Below are positions 54,474-61,522 of a DNA stretch of 64,000 nucleotides, one piece after another. The position numbers were made by a program, and so were the translations under genes. The stretch's first letter is position 1. The number at the start of each line of letters is the position of its first letter. This DNA is from a virus, in IMG/VR virus record IMGVR_UViG_3300037882_001801, positions 1 to 64,000 of that record; one strand, given 5' to 3'. The notes below the pieces were generated by a model. It ran no database searches. It had not been told where the DNA came from and saw only the letters and a program-made list of their open reading frames with translations.

Positions 54474-54608
54474 TCACAATCTTGTGATCGATCTTATCAC
54501 ATCCCTAGTCGTTTGGTAGCTTGACTATCCTAATGCACATCGTTAGAACTGTGATTGTCAGGACGGCGACGGACTGACGAACTAGCCTACCGCTCTTTGA
54601 CATTGTGA
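54474..54608. promoter_or_regulatory. Cluster of five TGTGA/TCACA half-sites (candidate operator array)
   Basis: TCACA 54474, TGTGA 54483, TCACA 54497, TGTGA 54550, TGTGA 54604. It includes TCACAATCTTGTGA and the palindrome GATCGATC. About 0.3 such sites would be expected by chance in 135 bp. Confidence 0.5.
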
Positions 54609-54833
54609 GAACTAACAGACTTGACCTAGCTACCTAGTCAGTAGCATCGCGCTAAACGCGTCCTCATGACGGTGTAAGGCTCCGTCGAACTATCGCAGGA
54701 CAGATCACCTAGACGGTATCTGCACACTGCTCTTGCCAACCCTGCTACTAGCGTAGCTTAGGCATATGGACAGAGTACCAATTAATTAAACCGGCAACCA
54801 TGCCAACCCAAACTAATGGAAAGCACACACGCC

Positions 54834-55319
54834 ATGAACAATCTCCCGAAAACTCTCCGTATCTCGCTTGCAGTGATCGCAACCGTCTTCGGCTCGGCAT
54901 CGGCCTTCGCGCAGGGTCAGCCCGCCACGACTCCAGGTGCTGCTCCTGGCACGACCGCGCAAGTGCCGCCGCGTGCACCGACTCCAGGTGCTGCTCCTGG
55001 CACGACCGCGCAAGTGCCGCCGCGTGCACCGACTCCGGCCGCAACTGGTGCTGCTACTACTGGTCTGGCATCGACGCGCGTCAAAGGTTCGTCAACCCCG
55101 GAAGTGGCACGTCGGGACTATGCCGCCAAGCTGGCGACACGTCAGTCCGCATGCACCGCTAAAGGCGCGTTGTATCGCTGGAAAGCACCGCACAATGTGG
55201 GCGACGCAATCGCGGGCAGCAATCCCGTCCAATATTGGGCCACTACCTTTAACGGCGGTTGCGTCCAGGTCGGGCTGAAAGACGCGCTTGCTTCTGGCGC
55301 CGTGCGACTCGCACAGTGA
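54834..55319 (+). CDS. Secreted protein with Pro/Thr/Ala-rich repeat linker
   Basis: Signal peptide MNNLPKTLRISLAVIATVFGSASAFA/QG. TPGAAPGTTAQVPPRAP is exactly duplicated. I prefer ATG 54834 over 54816. Confidence 0.65.
   Translation: MNNLPKTLRISLAVIATVFGSASAFAQGQPATTPGAAPGTTAQVPPRAPTPGAAPGTTAQVPPRAPTPAATGAATTGLASTRVKGSSTPEVARRDYAAKLATRQSACTAKGALYRWKAPHNVGDAIAGSNPVQYWATTFNGGCVQVGLKDALASGAVRLAQ
54928..55036 (+). repeat. Exact 51-bp tandem duplication (2 copies plus 7 nt)
   Basis: 54928-54978 is identical to 54979-55029, and the next 7 nt also match. The repeat is in frame (17 codons). Confidence 0.95.
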
Positions 55320-55795
55320 CAGAGTACAAGGAGTCGATTGACCACGCGGCACTAGCCCGCGACGTTCAGTTAATCCTAGATCACCTCACTAGGCCAGATT
55401 GGCCTAGTGCGGTGCCCTATCTTGGCGCGTCCCCAAGCCAAGAGTCGGCACCGCATCAAGTTATGTGTGCTCCCCCTGTGCATGTAACCGATGCGGTGCC
55501 GCACCCCTTACCGATGCCAGATAATCCGCCGCAAGAGATCGAACCACACCCATTAGCGACAATGCTTTTGCAGGCTTTACCGCCTGAAATGCAGCATCCT
55601 GTCGGTGTGGTTCTAAATCGTCTTTCAGGGCGGAAATTAGCGCTAGTTGTCCTGGCAACGGCATCCGCTGGCATGGCTTACGGAATTATTCCTAAGCCAC
55701 AATTGCTAGTGGATGTAATCGCTTACGTTAAATCGTCGGGTAATGCACCTACGCAATGCCCGCCACTGATTCCCGTACCACAACCACAAGGCTAA
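55316..55795 (+). CDS. Hypothetical Pro-rich protein with C-terminal TM helix
   Basis: GTG 55316 overlaps the preceding TGA (GTGA). The TM helix is LALVVLATASAGMAYGII. No RBS, so the start is uncertain. Confidence 0.45.
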   Translation: MTEYKESIDHAALARDVQLILDHLTRPDWPSAVPYLGASPSQESAPHQVMCAPPVHVTDAVPHPLPMPDNPPQEIEPHPLATMLLQALPPEMQHPVGVVLNRLSGRKLALVVLATASAGMAYGIIPKPQLLVDVIAYVKSSGNAPTQCPPLIPVPQPQG

Positions 55796-55800
55796 CTCCC

Positions 55801-56172
55801 ATGACAAAGCGCAAAAGCGCACACGTCGACACAGTTAAACCGTTGCCGATTGTGCACGTGCAGACAATGCCGTCGCCGGAATACCTGTCAAAACTGGTGA
55901 CGGAAAAACTAATAGACGATGCGGCTAAGCCGGCACGTGCCAGATTCGACCGTCTTAAGGAGATGGCGAAACTCGATTGGGGGACGGGCGAAAATGCACG
56001 CCGTGAGGCGTGGATTATCCCGCATCCTGATGATCAGAATCGGCTGTACATGGTGCGCGTCGTCGTCGTGCCTAAACAGATGATTTGCCGCTGTCCAGCG
56101 TCCGAATACACGCGAACAGAACACCATCTCAAGATTGAGGCTTGCGGCGCGTTGCCGCCAGTCAAAGCCTAA
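55801..56172 (+). CDS. Hypothetical basic protein with Cys/His cluster
   Basis: ATG 55801. ICRCPASEYTRTEHHLKIEAC loosely resembles a SWIM-type CxC...H motif. Confidence 0.55.
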   Translation: MTKRKSAHVDTVKPLPIVHVQTMPSPEYLSKLVTEKLIDDAAKPARARFDRLKEMAKLDWGTGENARREAWIIPHPDDQNRLYMVRVVVVPKQMICRCPASEYTRTEHHLKIEACGALPPVKA

Positions 56173-56843
56173 TGTTGGTTAGATTGGCACTTGCGCTAGG
56201 GGTTATCGCGCTAGCGGTAGCCTCTGGCGCTAACAATCTCTCACACACTAAGGCGTATGGTTGGGAGATTGTGATTCTTGTCGGTGCGGCGGAGCTGCTG
56301 AAATTGGTGTTGCCCCTGGCGATGCTAGTTTTCGCAAAATCGCATCAACCTGCAAGGTGGATTGCAGCACTCTTTATGTGGGCGTTAATCGTCGTTTTTT
56401 CGGCCGTGAATACGTTTGGCAACGTAATTACAGTGCACGCGACGAAAAAGGCAAACATGCAAGAGGCACGACAGAACCACACGTCGCGACAAGAGCATGT
56501 GATTCTGCGCGACATTAGCAACGTTGCTACGTGCAACGCGACTGTTGTAGGCAAAGGCAAAAATCGCGTTACGTTTCCGCCTGATGAGCAATGTGTGGAA
56601 AACCGCAAAAACAAAATTGCGGCGTTTCAATCAGAGCTGCAAAAGGCTAAGGAAACGCCTGTAGCGGGCGCGAAAGTAGATGCGTTCGCGGTCGAGGACG
56701 GTTATGTGATGACGGCCGCGTTATTCGGTTGGTATCCAAATCGGAATCAAATCGCGATTTACATGTTGCTTTTGTGGGTTGCGCTTTGTGAGATCGGTTC
56801 TGCGTTGGGTGGATTTTGCATACCAGAGCGCAAAAAGCAGTAA
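56172..56843 (+). CDS. Four-TM membrane protein (3 TM, helical segment, C-terminal TM)
   Basis: TAATG overlap with the previous gene. TM helices: LALALGVIALAVASGA, IVILVGAAELLKLVLPLAMLVFA, WIAALFMWALIVVFSAV and IAIYMLLLWVALCEIGSALGGF. Confidence 0.65.
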   Translation: MLVRLALALGVIALAVASGANNLSHTKAYGWEIVILVGAAELLKLVLPLAMLVFAKSHQPARWIAALFMWALIVVFSAVNTFGNVITVHATKKANMQEARQNHTSRQEHVILRDISNVATCNATVVGKGKNRVTFPPDEQCVENRKNKIAAFQSELQKAKETPVAGAKVDAFAVEDGYVMTAALFGWYPNRNQIAIYMLLLWVALCEIGSALGGFCIPERKKQ

Positions 56844-56901
56844 TGGAGTTAAATAGCGCCGCGCGAATGCGGCGCACTTTCTAAATCAGTTGGGGGCTAT
56901 C

Positions 56902-57105
56902 ATGCAAAATACAGTCACGACTATTCAAATCTCGAAAGATAAACTAATCGCATCATTCAAAGCGACATTCAAACACAGCGACATTTGTGTTGAGTATCTA
57001 GAAGTTATTATCGACATAATCCGCGCGACACCTGAAAATCTTTTGCAATCGCGCGTATTATTCGATGACAGAGTAATGCTCGCAATTGCGCAATGCGCAA
57101 ACTGA
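56902..57105 (+). CDS. Hypothetical 67-aa protein
   Basis: ATG 56902 has GGGGG upstream. Its stop lies inside the palindrome GAGATAA-CA-TTATCTC. Confidence 0.5.
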   Translation: MQNTVTTIQISKDKLIASFKATFKHSDICVEYLEVIIDIIRATPENLLQSRVLFDDRVMLAIAQCAN

Positions 57106-57136
57106 GATAACATTATCTCAAGTAACATTATAAAAG

Positions 57137-57165
57137 CCTCTTGCGAAAGCGAGGGGCATTTTTGC
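57137..57165 (+). terminator. Intrinsic terminator with GAAA tetraloop
   Basis: GCCTCTTGC-GAAA-GCGAGGGGC (9 bp, including G-U pairs) followed by ATTTTTGCGTTT. Confidence 0.75.
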
Positions 57166-57173
57166 GTTTATAA

Positions 57174-57280
57174 TAATCAGTGTACTGATTATAGAATATA
57201 AATAACATTATTAATTACTAATAGCATTATTGATTACTAATAACATTAATAATAGAATAATAATAACATTATTAAATTTT
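57174..57280. repeat. AT-rich iteron-like array
   Basis: Palindrome ATAATCAGT-GT-ACTGATTAT (57174-57193). A 19-bp tandem pair follows: AACATTATTAATTACTAAT (57205-57223) and AGCATTATTGATTACTAAT (57224-57242). Further AACATTA(T/A) copies lie at 57243 and 57266, with two more upstream at 57109 and 57125. Confidence 0.85.
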
Positions 57281-57424
57281 TTATAGGTGATGTTTCGCGG
57301 CAACACCGCCGGGGGTCTCGCTTTGCTCGACCAGCGAAAAAACGAAATTCAATTTAAGTTCCAGAAAAATTCTATTAGAATGTTGATGTTACATACACCA
57401 AAGTAAGTTTGTTCCCTTAAAGGG

Positions 57425-57670
57425 CTATTCTTTCTGGGCTATCAGCTTAGCCTTGTGTGCACTGTCACCTCCAGGGCTTTCCATAGACCCACGTGTATTA
57501 TTACAGACAGGACAGCATACATCTGTGGGTTGGCACTCCGACCACTTCCCTACATAGTAGGTCTCGCATCCACTGCACGATATGCCAAACGTGTCAGGAT
57601 CTGCTGCGTCGATCGCCTTGAGGAATTCCTCATCGCCCCGTAATGCTGCACCCATGAATGCCGAACTCAT
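57425..57670 (-). CDS. Small Cys-rich zinc-ribbon protein (81 aa)
   Basis: ATG 57670 has a strong AGGAGG RBS; the track start 57694 is GTG. Motif: CSGCETYYVGKWSECQPTDVCCPVCNN. Confidence 0.65.
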   Translation of the reverse strand: MSSAFMGAALRGDEEFLKAIDAADPDTFGISCSGCETYYVGKWSECQPTDVCCPVCNNTRGSMESPGGDSAHKAKLIAQKE

Positions 57671-57703
57671 AGTCACCTCCTGTGTAGGGTCCACACTACT
57701 ACC

Positions 57704-58252
57704 ATGCCACTGATAACCAACAAGTCGCTCAGAGACTATACTGGCCTGAAGATAGATCAGGTCACTGTCCTAGGCAGAGCTAAGGACTACTCTGTGAAGT
57801 TGGCTATGCCGGGGGTAGAGGTCAAGCCGAAGAAGCTATGGCGCCTACAGTGCAGCTGTGGAAACGTGTGGGTTCTACCTCACTCACAAATCTCTGAGTA
57901 TGGCCCTCGCACATGTAAGACGTGCGCACCAAAGGCCCGAGACAACAAACCTATTGCGCCCAGAGGCAAGTATCACAAACAGACCCACCCCTCATATGGG
58001 ACGTGGTATGCGATGATCAGAAGATGCACGTCACCTAAACATGTAAACTACCATAGGTATGGAGGTAGGGGTATAACTGTTTGCGCAAGATGGATGGACT
58101 TTGATCTATTTGTTGAGGATATGGGGATACGACCCGATAACCAAAGTATAGATCGAAAAGATAACTCTAAAGGATACTACAAAGCTAACTGTCGGTGGGC
58201 TACAGCGAAAGAGCAACGCGCAAATCAAACCAAGAAAACGAATTTAAAATGA
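57704..58252 (+). CDS. Homing-endonuclease-like / DNA-binding protein (conserved YGGRGI...DRKDN...NCRWA motifs)
   Basis: YGTWYAMIRRCTSPKHVNYHRYGGRGITVCARW...SIDRKDNSKGYYKANCRWATAKEQ matches a widespread family that I recall being annotated as HNH-like or AP2-like. No obvious RBS. Confidence 0.5.
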   Translation: MPLITNKSLRDYTGLKIDQVTVLGRAKDYSVKLAMPGVEVKPKKLWRLQCSCGNVWVLPHSQISEYGPRTCKTCAPKARDNKPIAPRGKYHKQTHPSYGTWYAMIRRCTSPKHVNYHRYGGRGITVCARWMDFDLFVEDMGIRPDNQSIDRKDNSKGYYKANCRWATAKEQRANQTKKTNLK

Positions 58253-58266
58253 AATTCATAAAATTC

Positions 58267-58291
58267 GTAGGTCGCGTTCGGCTAGACCTAC
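58267..58291. other. Hairpin after the 58252 stop
   Basis: GTAGGTC, 11-nt loop, GACCTAC. It is followed by an A-run on the plus strand, so the U-run lies on the minus-sense side. Orientation is ambiguous. Confidence 0.4.
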
Positions 58292-58501
58292 CAAAAACAA
58301 AACTCGGCATGTGCCGCGCATAAATTTTTTGTAAAACAACAGTTAGCTTGGTAGCTAGAACCATTGCGACCTTAAAGAGGGTAGTTTGTCAGCACTCATA
58401 CTGTACTTACACCTATGCAATCCATACCCTAAGCATCTGTGTTCTAACTAACACACCTATCTAGCGCTAGCGAGAAATCGTACATAACCCCAATTATTTG
58501 T

Positions 58502-58530
58502 TTGCAAACTACGGGCGATTGCCTTATAAG
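58502..58530 (+). promoter_or_regulatory. Sigma70-like promoter
   Basis: TTGCAA (58502-58507), 17-nt spacer, TATAAG (58525-58530), about 115 nt upstream of ATG 58646. Confidence 0.5.
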
Positions 58531-58645
58531 AATAAACGTAGGGAGTGAATGACAGAGACGAACGGGCACTAGCCTAACAGTCTAACGTCAACCGCCTAAG
58601 CTAATGACCGTCTAGCAGGGACGCCCTATCGTGGGCGACACGTCA

Positions 58646-59017
58646 ATGTCTTATGCGCTCCAGAATGCTTCCGGCCTTATCTCGCAATACCCGGCTGTTG
58701 ACTTGTTCCGATTGCGCCAAGCACGCAATTCCACGGCGCAAAAGCCGGAAAAGGTGCGCGTTAAGGCGGACACCCTAACCTATCACGTCCGCTATGTGAC
58801 TATGTGCGACGCAAACAACCTGCACGCTGATCTCAAAGAACCGTGGAATCATGTCATCGATGGCAAAGGTCACTTTGTCCAGAGCAAGCGTTGGCAAGCG
58901 CTCAAACAATGGGCACACGCTAAGACAGCAGAACTAGGCGATTCTGCCTTGCTTGTCGCCGCGTACCTTGTGCGAAACGATACCAACGAAGTCGTGGTGC
59001 AGCTCAAGCTGCTCTGA
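58646..59017 (+). CDS. Hypothetical protein (123 aa; alternative GTG 58631)
   Basis: Clean ORF flanked by long ORF-free regions. No motifs recognised. Confidence 0.55.
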   Translation: MSYALQNASGLISQYPAVDLFRLRQARNSTAQKPEKVRVKADTLTYHVRYVTMCDANNLHADLKEPWNHVIDGKGHFVQSKRWQALKQWAHAKTAELGDSALLVAAYLVRNDTNEVVVQLKLL

Positions 59018-59044
59018 CAAACAAAACACTCACACTAACAGTGC

Positions 59045-59074
59045 TCATAAGTGAGCACTGTTAGTAGACGCACG
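59045..59074. other. Perfect 13-bp stem-loop (terminator without U-tract, or protein-binding palindrome)
   Basis: CTAACAGTGCTCA-TAAG-TGAGCACTGTTAG, 28 nt after the 59017 stop. Confidence 0.6.
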
Positions 59075-59876
59075 CCTAAACGTGCGAACAACAATGCAAA
59101 TAGGCTCTAAAACAATTTTCCACTAGAAATAGTGGCTAATGTTTTGAGCGTAAAACGAAAACAAAAATGGTGGAACGCCTACAGTGTGCACTAACGTGAA
59201 ACTGTTGGCACCCCTACGTGTTTAGCTCAACACTGAAAGGTCACGCTGTGACTAACAACACGAACGCTTGTGCAAGCGCTAACGCGCTGACGCACAAACA
59301 CGCGCATATTCGTGCGAAAACGCAACCGCACGCTCACTCTGGCGCTCATTCATGTGCGCACTCTGGTGCTCACTCTGGTGGGAGCCCAGTATCCCCCACG
59401 TTTCGACGCCCAATTGTGACGAATCACGATTGGCGACGCATTCACTTAAAACTCTGCACGAAAGCTGCGATTGCACTGGTTGCAGCGTCGGCTGTCTATG
59501 CCTTTTTCACTGAAAATCATCAACAATATCAACGTCGTTCAACCCAAGACTGTACCATTTTCAACGTCGGGTTACAAATTTGACTCGGCTGGGCCTATGC
59601 AATGTTTTCAAAACATGAGGAGTTCACTACATTCTGTATTACAACACTACAATACCTACCCTATTCCTCTCTTTTTACCCTTAGACTTCTAAAAACAGTA
59701 GAAACAAGGTAAAACGTAAGTTTTACTAAGTACAGGAAAACATTGAGACTTTTCCATCCTAACGCAAAGTATCGACACCATGAACACACATCCGCCATAA
59801 TTCGACGACGGTTTCTAGCACACTTCAAACTATCACATAAAAAATTACTTTTTCACATGATGCCACAACTACGCCA

Positions 59877-59909
59877 TTTAGTTAGTGCATAACAGCTTTA
59901 GTTAGTGCA
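59877..59909 (+). repeat. 13-bp direct repeat TTTAGTTAGTGCA x2 with 20-bp period, upstream of the 59956 gene block
   Basis: Exact copies at 59877-59889 and 59897-59909, 47 nt before ATG 59956. Confidence 0.85.
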
Positions 59910-59955
59910 GCGCCTAAAAACTATCGTGTAGCCTCAAACCTAGGAACAACGAACC

Positions 59956-60156
59956 ATGTTTGGTTACATCTGCCTGTATCTGCACTCGGATGAGAAATTC
60001 GAGGTCCGTACCAACGAAGGCATCTACGCGGCCAAGCTCCAAGCCCTGGAGCACTTCCGCGCGAAACACCCACGCCGCAAGATAAAGCCTCACGAGGTCA
60101 CGGCATACCTTGCCGAAAAGGCAGGTGAACCCGTCACACATACCGCCGACTTCTGA
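59956..60156 (+). CDS. Hypothetical protein (66 aa)
   Basis: First gene of a tightly packed early block. AGGAAC lies upstream. Confidence 0.55.
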   Translation: MFGYICLYLHSDEKFEVRTNEGIYAAKLQALEHFRAKHPRRKIKPHEVTAYLAEKAGEPVTHTADF

Positions 60157-60183
60157 CCTAACTCACAAGCCAAAGGAGCCTAC

Positions 60184-60795
60184 ATGACCACGACAAAGGT
60201 TAAACTCTCAGCACCCGACCGGCTCGACTTCGCATTGTTCTGCGAGAACGCTACGCTGGCGCAGCTACCAAACATCATCACAAAAGAACGTGACGCCAAA
60301 CGCTGGGAATATCACGGTATCGCCGTGGCTGAACTCATGCGCCGAGAACGTGAAGGTAAAGTCTTGCACTGGCTGGATGATCCCCGGGGTATCTACACCC
60401 CGCGAGACTTCGCGCTATCCTTCGGTGAAGATTTCCGTCAGCACCACATCAAAGGTATCTCACCAGAGGATTGGCTAATCCTCATGCACGGTCCAGGTGG
60501 CATGCTCGATGATGACGACGGAGACATTGCCGAACGCTACAAGAAAGCCTTCCCAAACGACAAAGACCCACACGCCCGAAATGAGCGTTACTGGGACACG
60601 TGGTCCGAAGTCTGCGACAACGCCAAGCTCTACCTTGACCGTCCCAACCGACCAGACTCCAAACACTATTGGCGCATCCACCAAGACGGCTCATGCTGGC
60701 TTGTCCGAAACGACGTAGAATGGTGCCACGAATGTGACGGCTGGAAAGACAAAGATTGTGGATGTCCGCACACCAACACAGATGAGGCTGACTAG
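60184..60795 (+). CDS. Hypothetical protein (203 aa), C-terminal Cys/His cluster
   Basis: RBS is GGAGCC. The C-terminus reads WCHECDGWKDKDCGCPH. Confidence 0.6.
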   Translation: MTTTKVKLSAPDRLDFALFCENATLAQLPNIITKERDAKRWEYHGIAVAELMRREREGKVLHWLDDPRGIYTPRDFALSFGEDFRQHHIKGISPEDWLILMHGPGGMLDDDDGDIAERYKKAFPNDKDPHARNERYWDTWSEVCDNAKLYLDRPNRPDSKHYWRIHQDGSCWLVRNDVEWCHECDGWKDKDCGCPHTNTDEAD

Positions 60796-60797
60796 CT

Positions 60798-60947
60798 ATG
60801 AAACCTCTTCACGCTGAACAGCGCCGACTGTCACGTTGCCCGTGCTGTCAATCCAAGGCCAGCAAACACAACTCGAACAAAAAGAACAACGGCAAATCTG
60901 CCGCTCGACATAAGGCCAAGTTGGCAATCAAGAAAGAATTGACATGA
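60798..60947 (+). CDS. 49-aa basic peptide with CPCC motif (below the ORF-track cutoff)
   Basis: The ATG lies 2 nt after the previous stop, and its TGA overlaps the next ATG (ATGA at 60944-60947). The product is Lys/Arg/Asn-rich. Confidence 0.5.
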   Translation: MKPLHAEQRRLSRCPCCQSKASKHNSNKKNNGKSAARHKAKLAIKKELT

Positions 60948-61141
60948 AAGAATATGCTTTTGATTGCAAGCTTTGGGCTGTCTGTCGAGTGACCGCACCA
61001 GACGTGAAGACAGCTCGCGAGAAAATGCAAAACGTCGTCGATTGTCTCGACATCGGATACGATCAAGACGGCGTGAAACTAACAGAAGCGTCAATCGAAG
61101 GCGAAGGCGATCTTTTCGAAATCGACGGCGAGGCTGTCTAA
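60944..61141 (+). CDS. Hypothetical protein (65 aa)
   Basis: Translationally coupled on both sides. Confidence 0.55.
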   Translation: MKEYAFDCKLWAVCRVTAPDVKTAREKMQNVVDCLDIGYDQDGVKLTEASIEGEGDLFEIDGEAV

Positions 61142-61143
61142 TC

Positions 61144-61344
61144 ATGAACCCTGACATTTATGGTTTTGGTGTTGGGCAAGTTGTGCGTCTGCACGAAGCA
61201 CAAGTCAAATACGGATGGCCTGAATATGGAGTGATCATTAGAATTGATTATCCTGAAACAAGCCCATACTTGGTTCAGTTCAAGAACGGCGAAAAACGAA
61301 AATTTCACCGTGTTATGATCGAAAAGGTAAACCCCAATGGCTAG
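61144..61344 (+). CDS. Hypothetical protein (66 aa)
   Basis: ATG 61144 lies 2 nt after the previous stop. The track's longer ORF starting at 60964 overlaps the previous gene. Confidence 0.55.
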   Translation: MNPDIYGFGVGQVVRLHEAQVKYGWPEYGVIIRIDYPETSPYLVQFKNGEKRKFHRVMIEKVNPNG

Positions 61345-61522
61345 CTACCTTGTGACTTGGCAAATCGATGTAGATGCAGACACACCTGAACAAGCTGCTC
61401 AAACAGCACGCGAATATCAAATTGACACAGAAACAACAGCAAACGTCTTTGCAGTCTTCGACAAGGTGACGAAAGAAGAAACAATCATCGACCTTATGAA
61501 TAAGGACAATGGCAACAAATGA
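61337..61522 (+). CDS. Hypothetical acidic protein (61 aa)
   Basis: 8-nt overlap with the previous gene and ATGA overlap with the next. Confidence 0.55.
   Translation: MASYLVTWQIDVDADTPEQAAQTAREYQIDTETTANVFAVFDKVTKEETIIDLMNKDNGNK

Noticed and set aside
54928-55036. Tandem 51-bp repeat considered as a CRISPR-like or minisatellite array
   Set aside because: There are only two adjacent copies with no spacers, and they are in frame within a coding sequence. This is a coding duplication, not a CRISPR array.
59218-59583. 121-aa His-rich ORF in the 938-bp gap
   Set aside because: GTG start, no RBS, and the His/Ser/Gly stretch derives from a short nucleotide repeat. It is kept as unresolved rather than annotated as a gene. 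One hydrophobic helix means it cannot be fully excluded.
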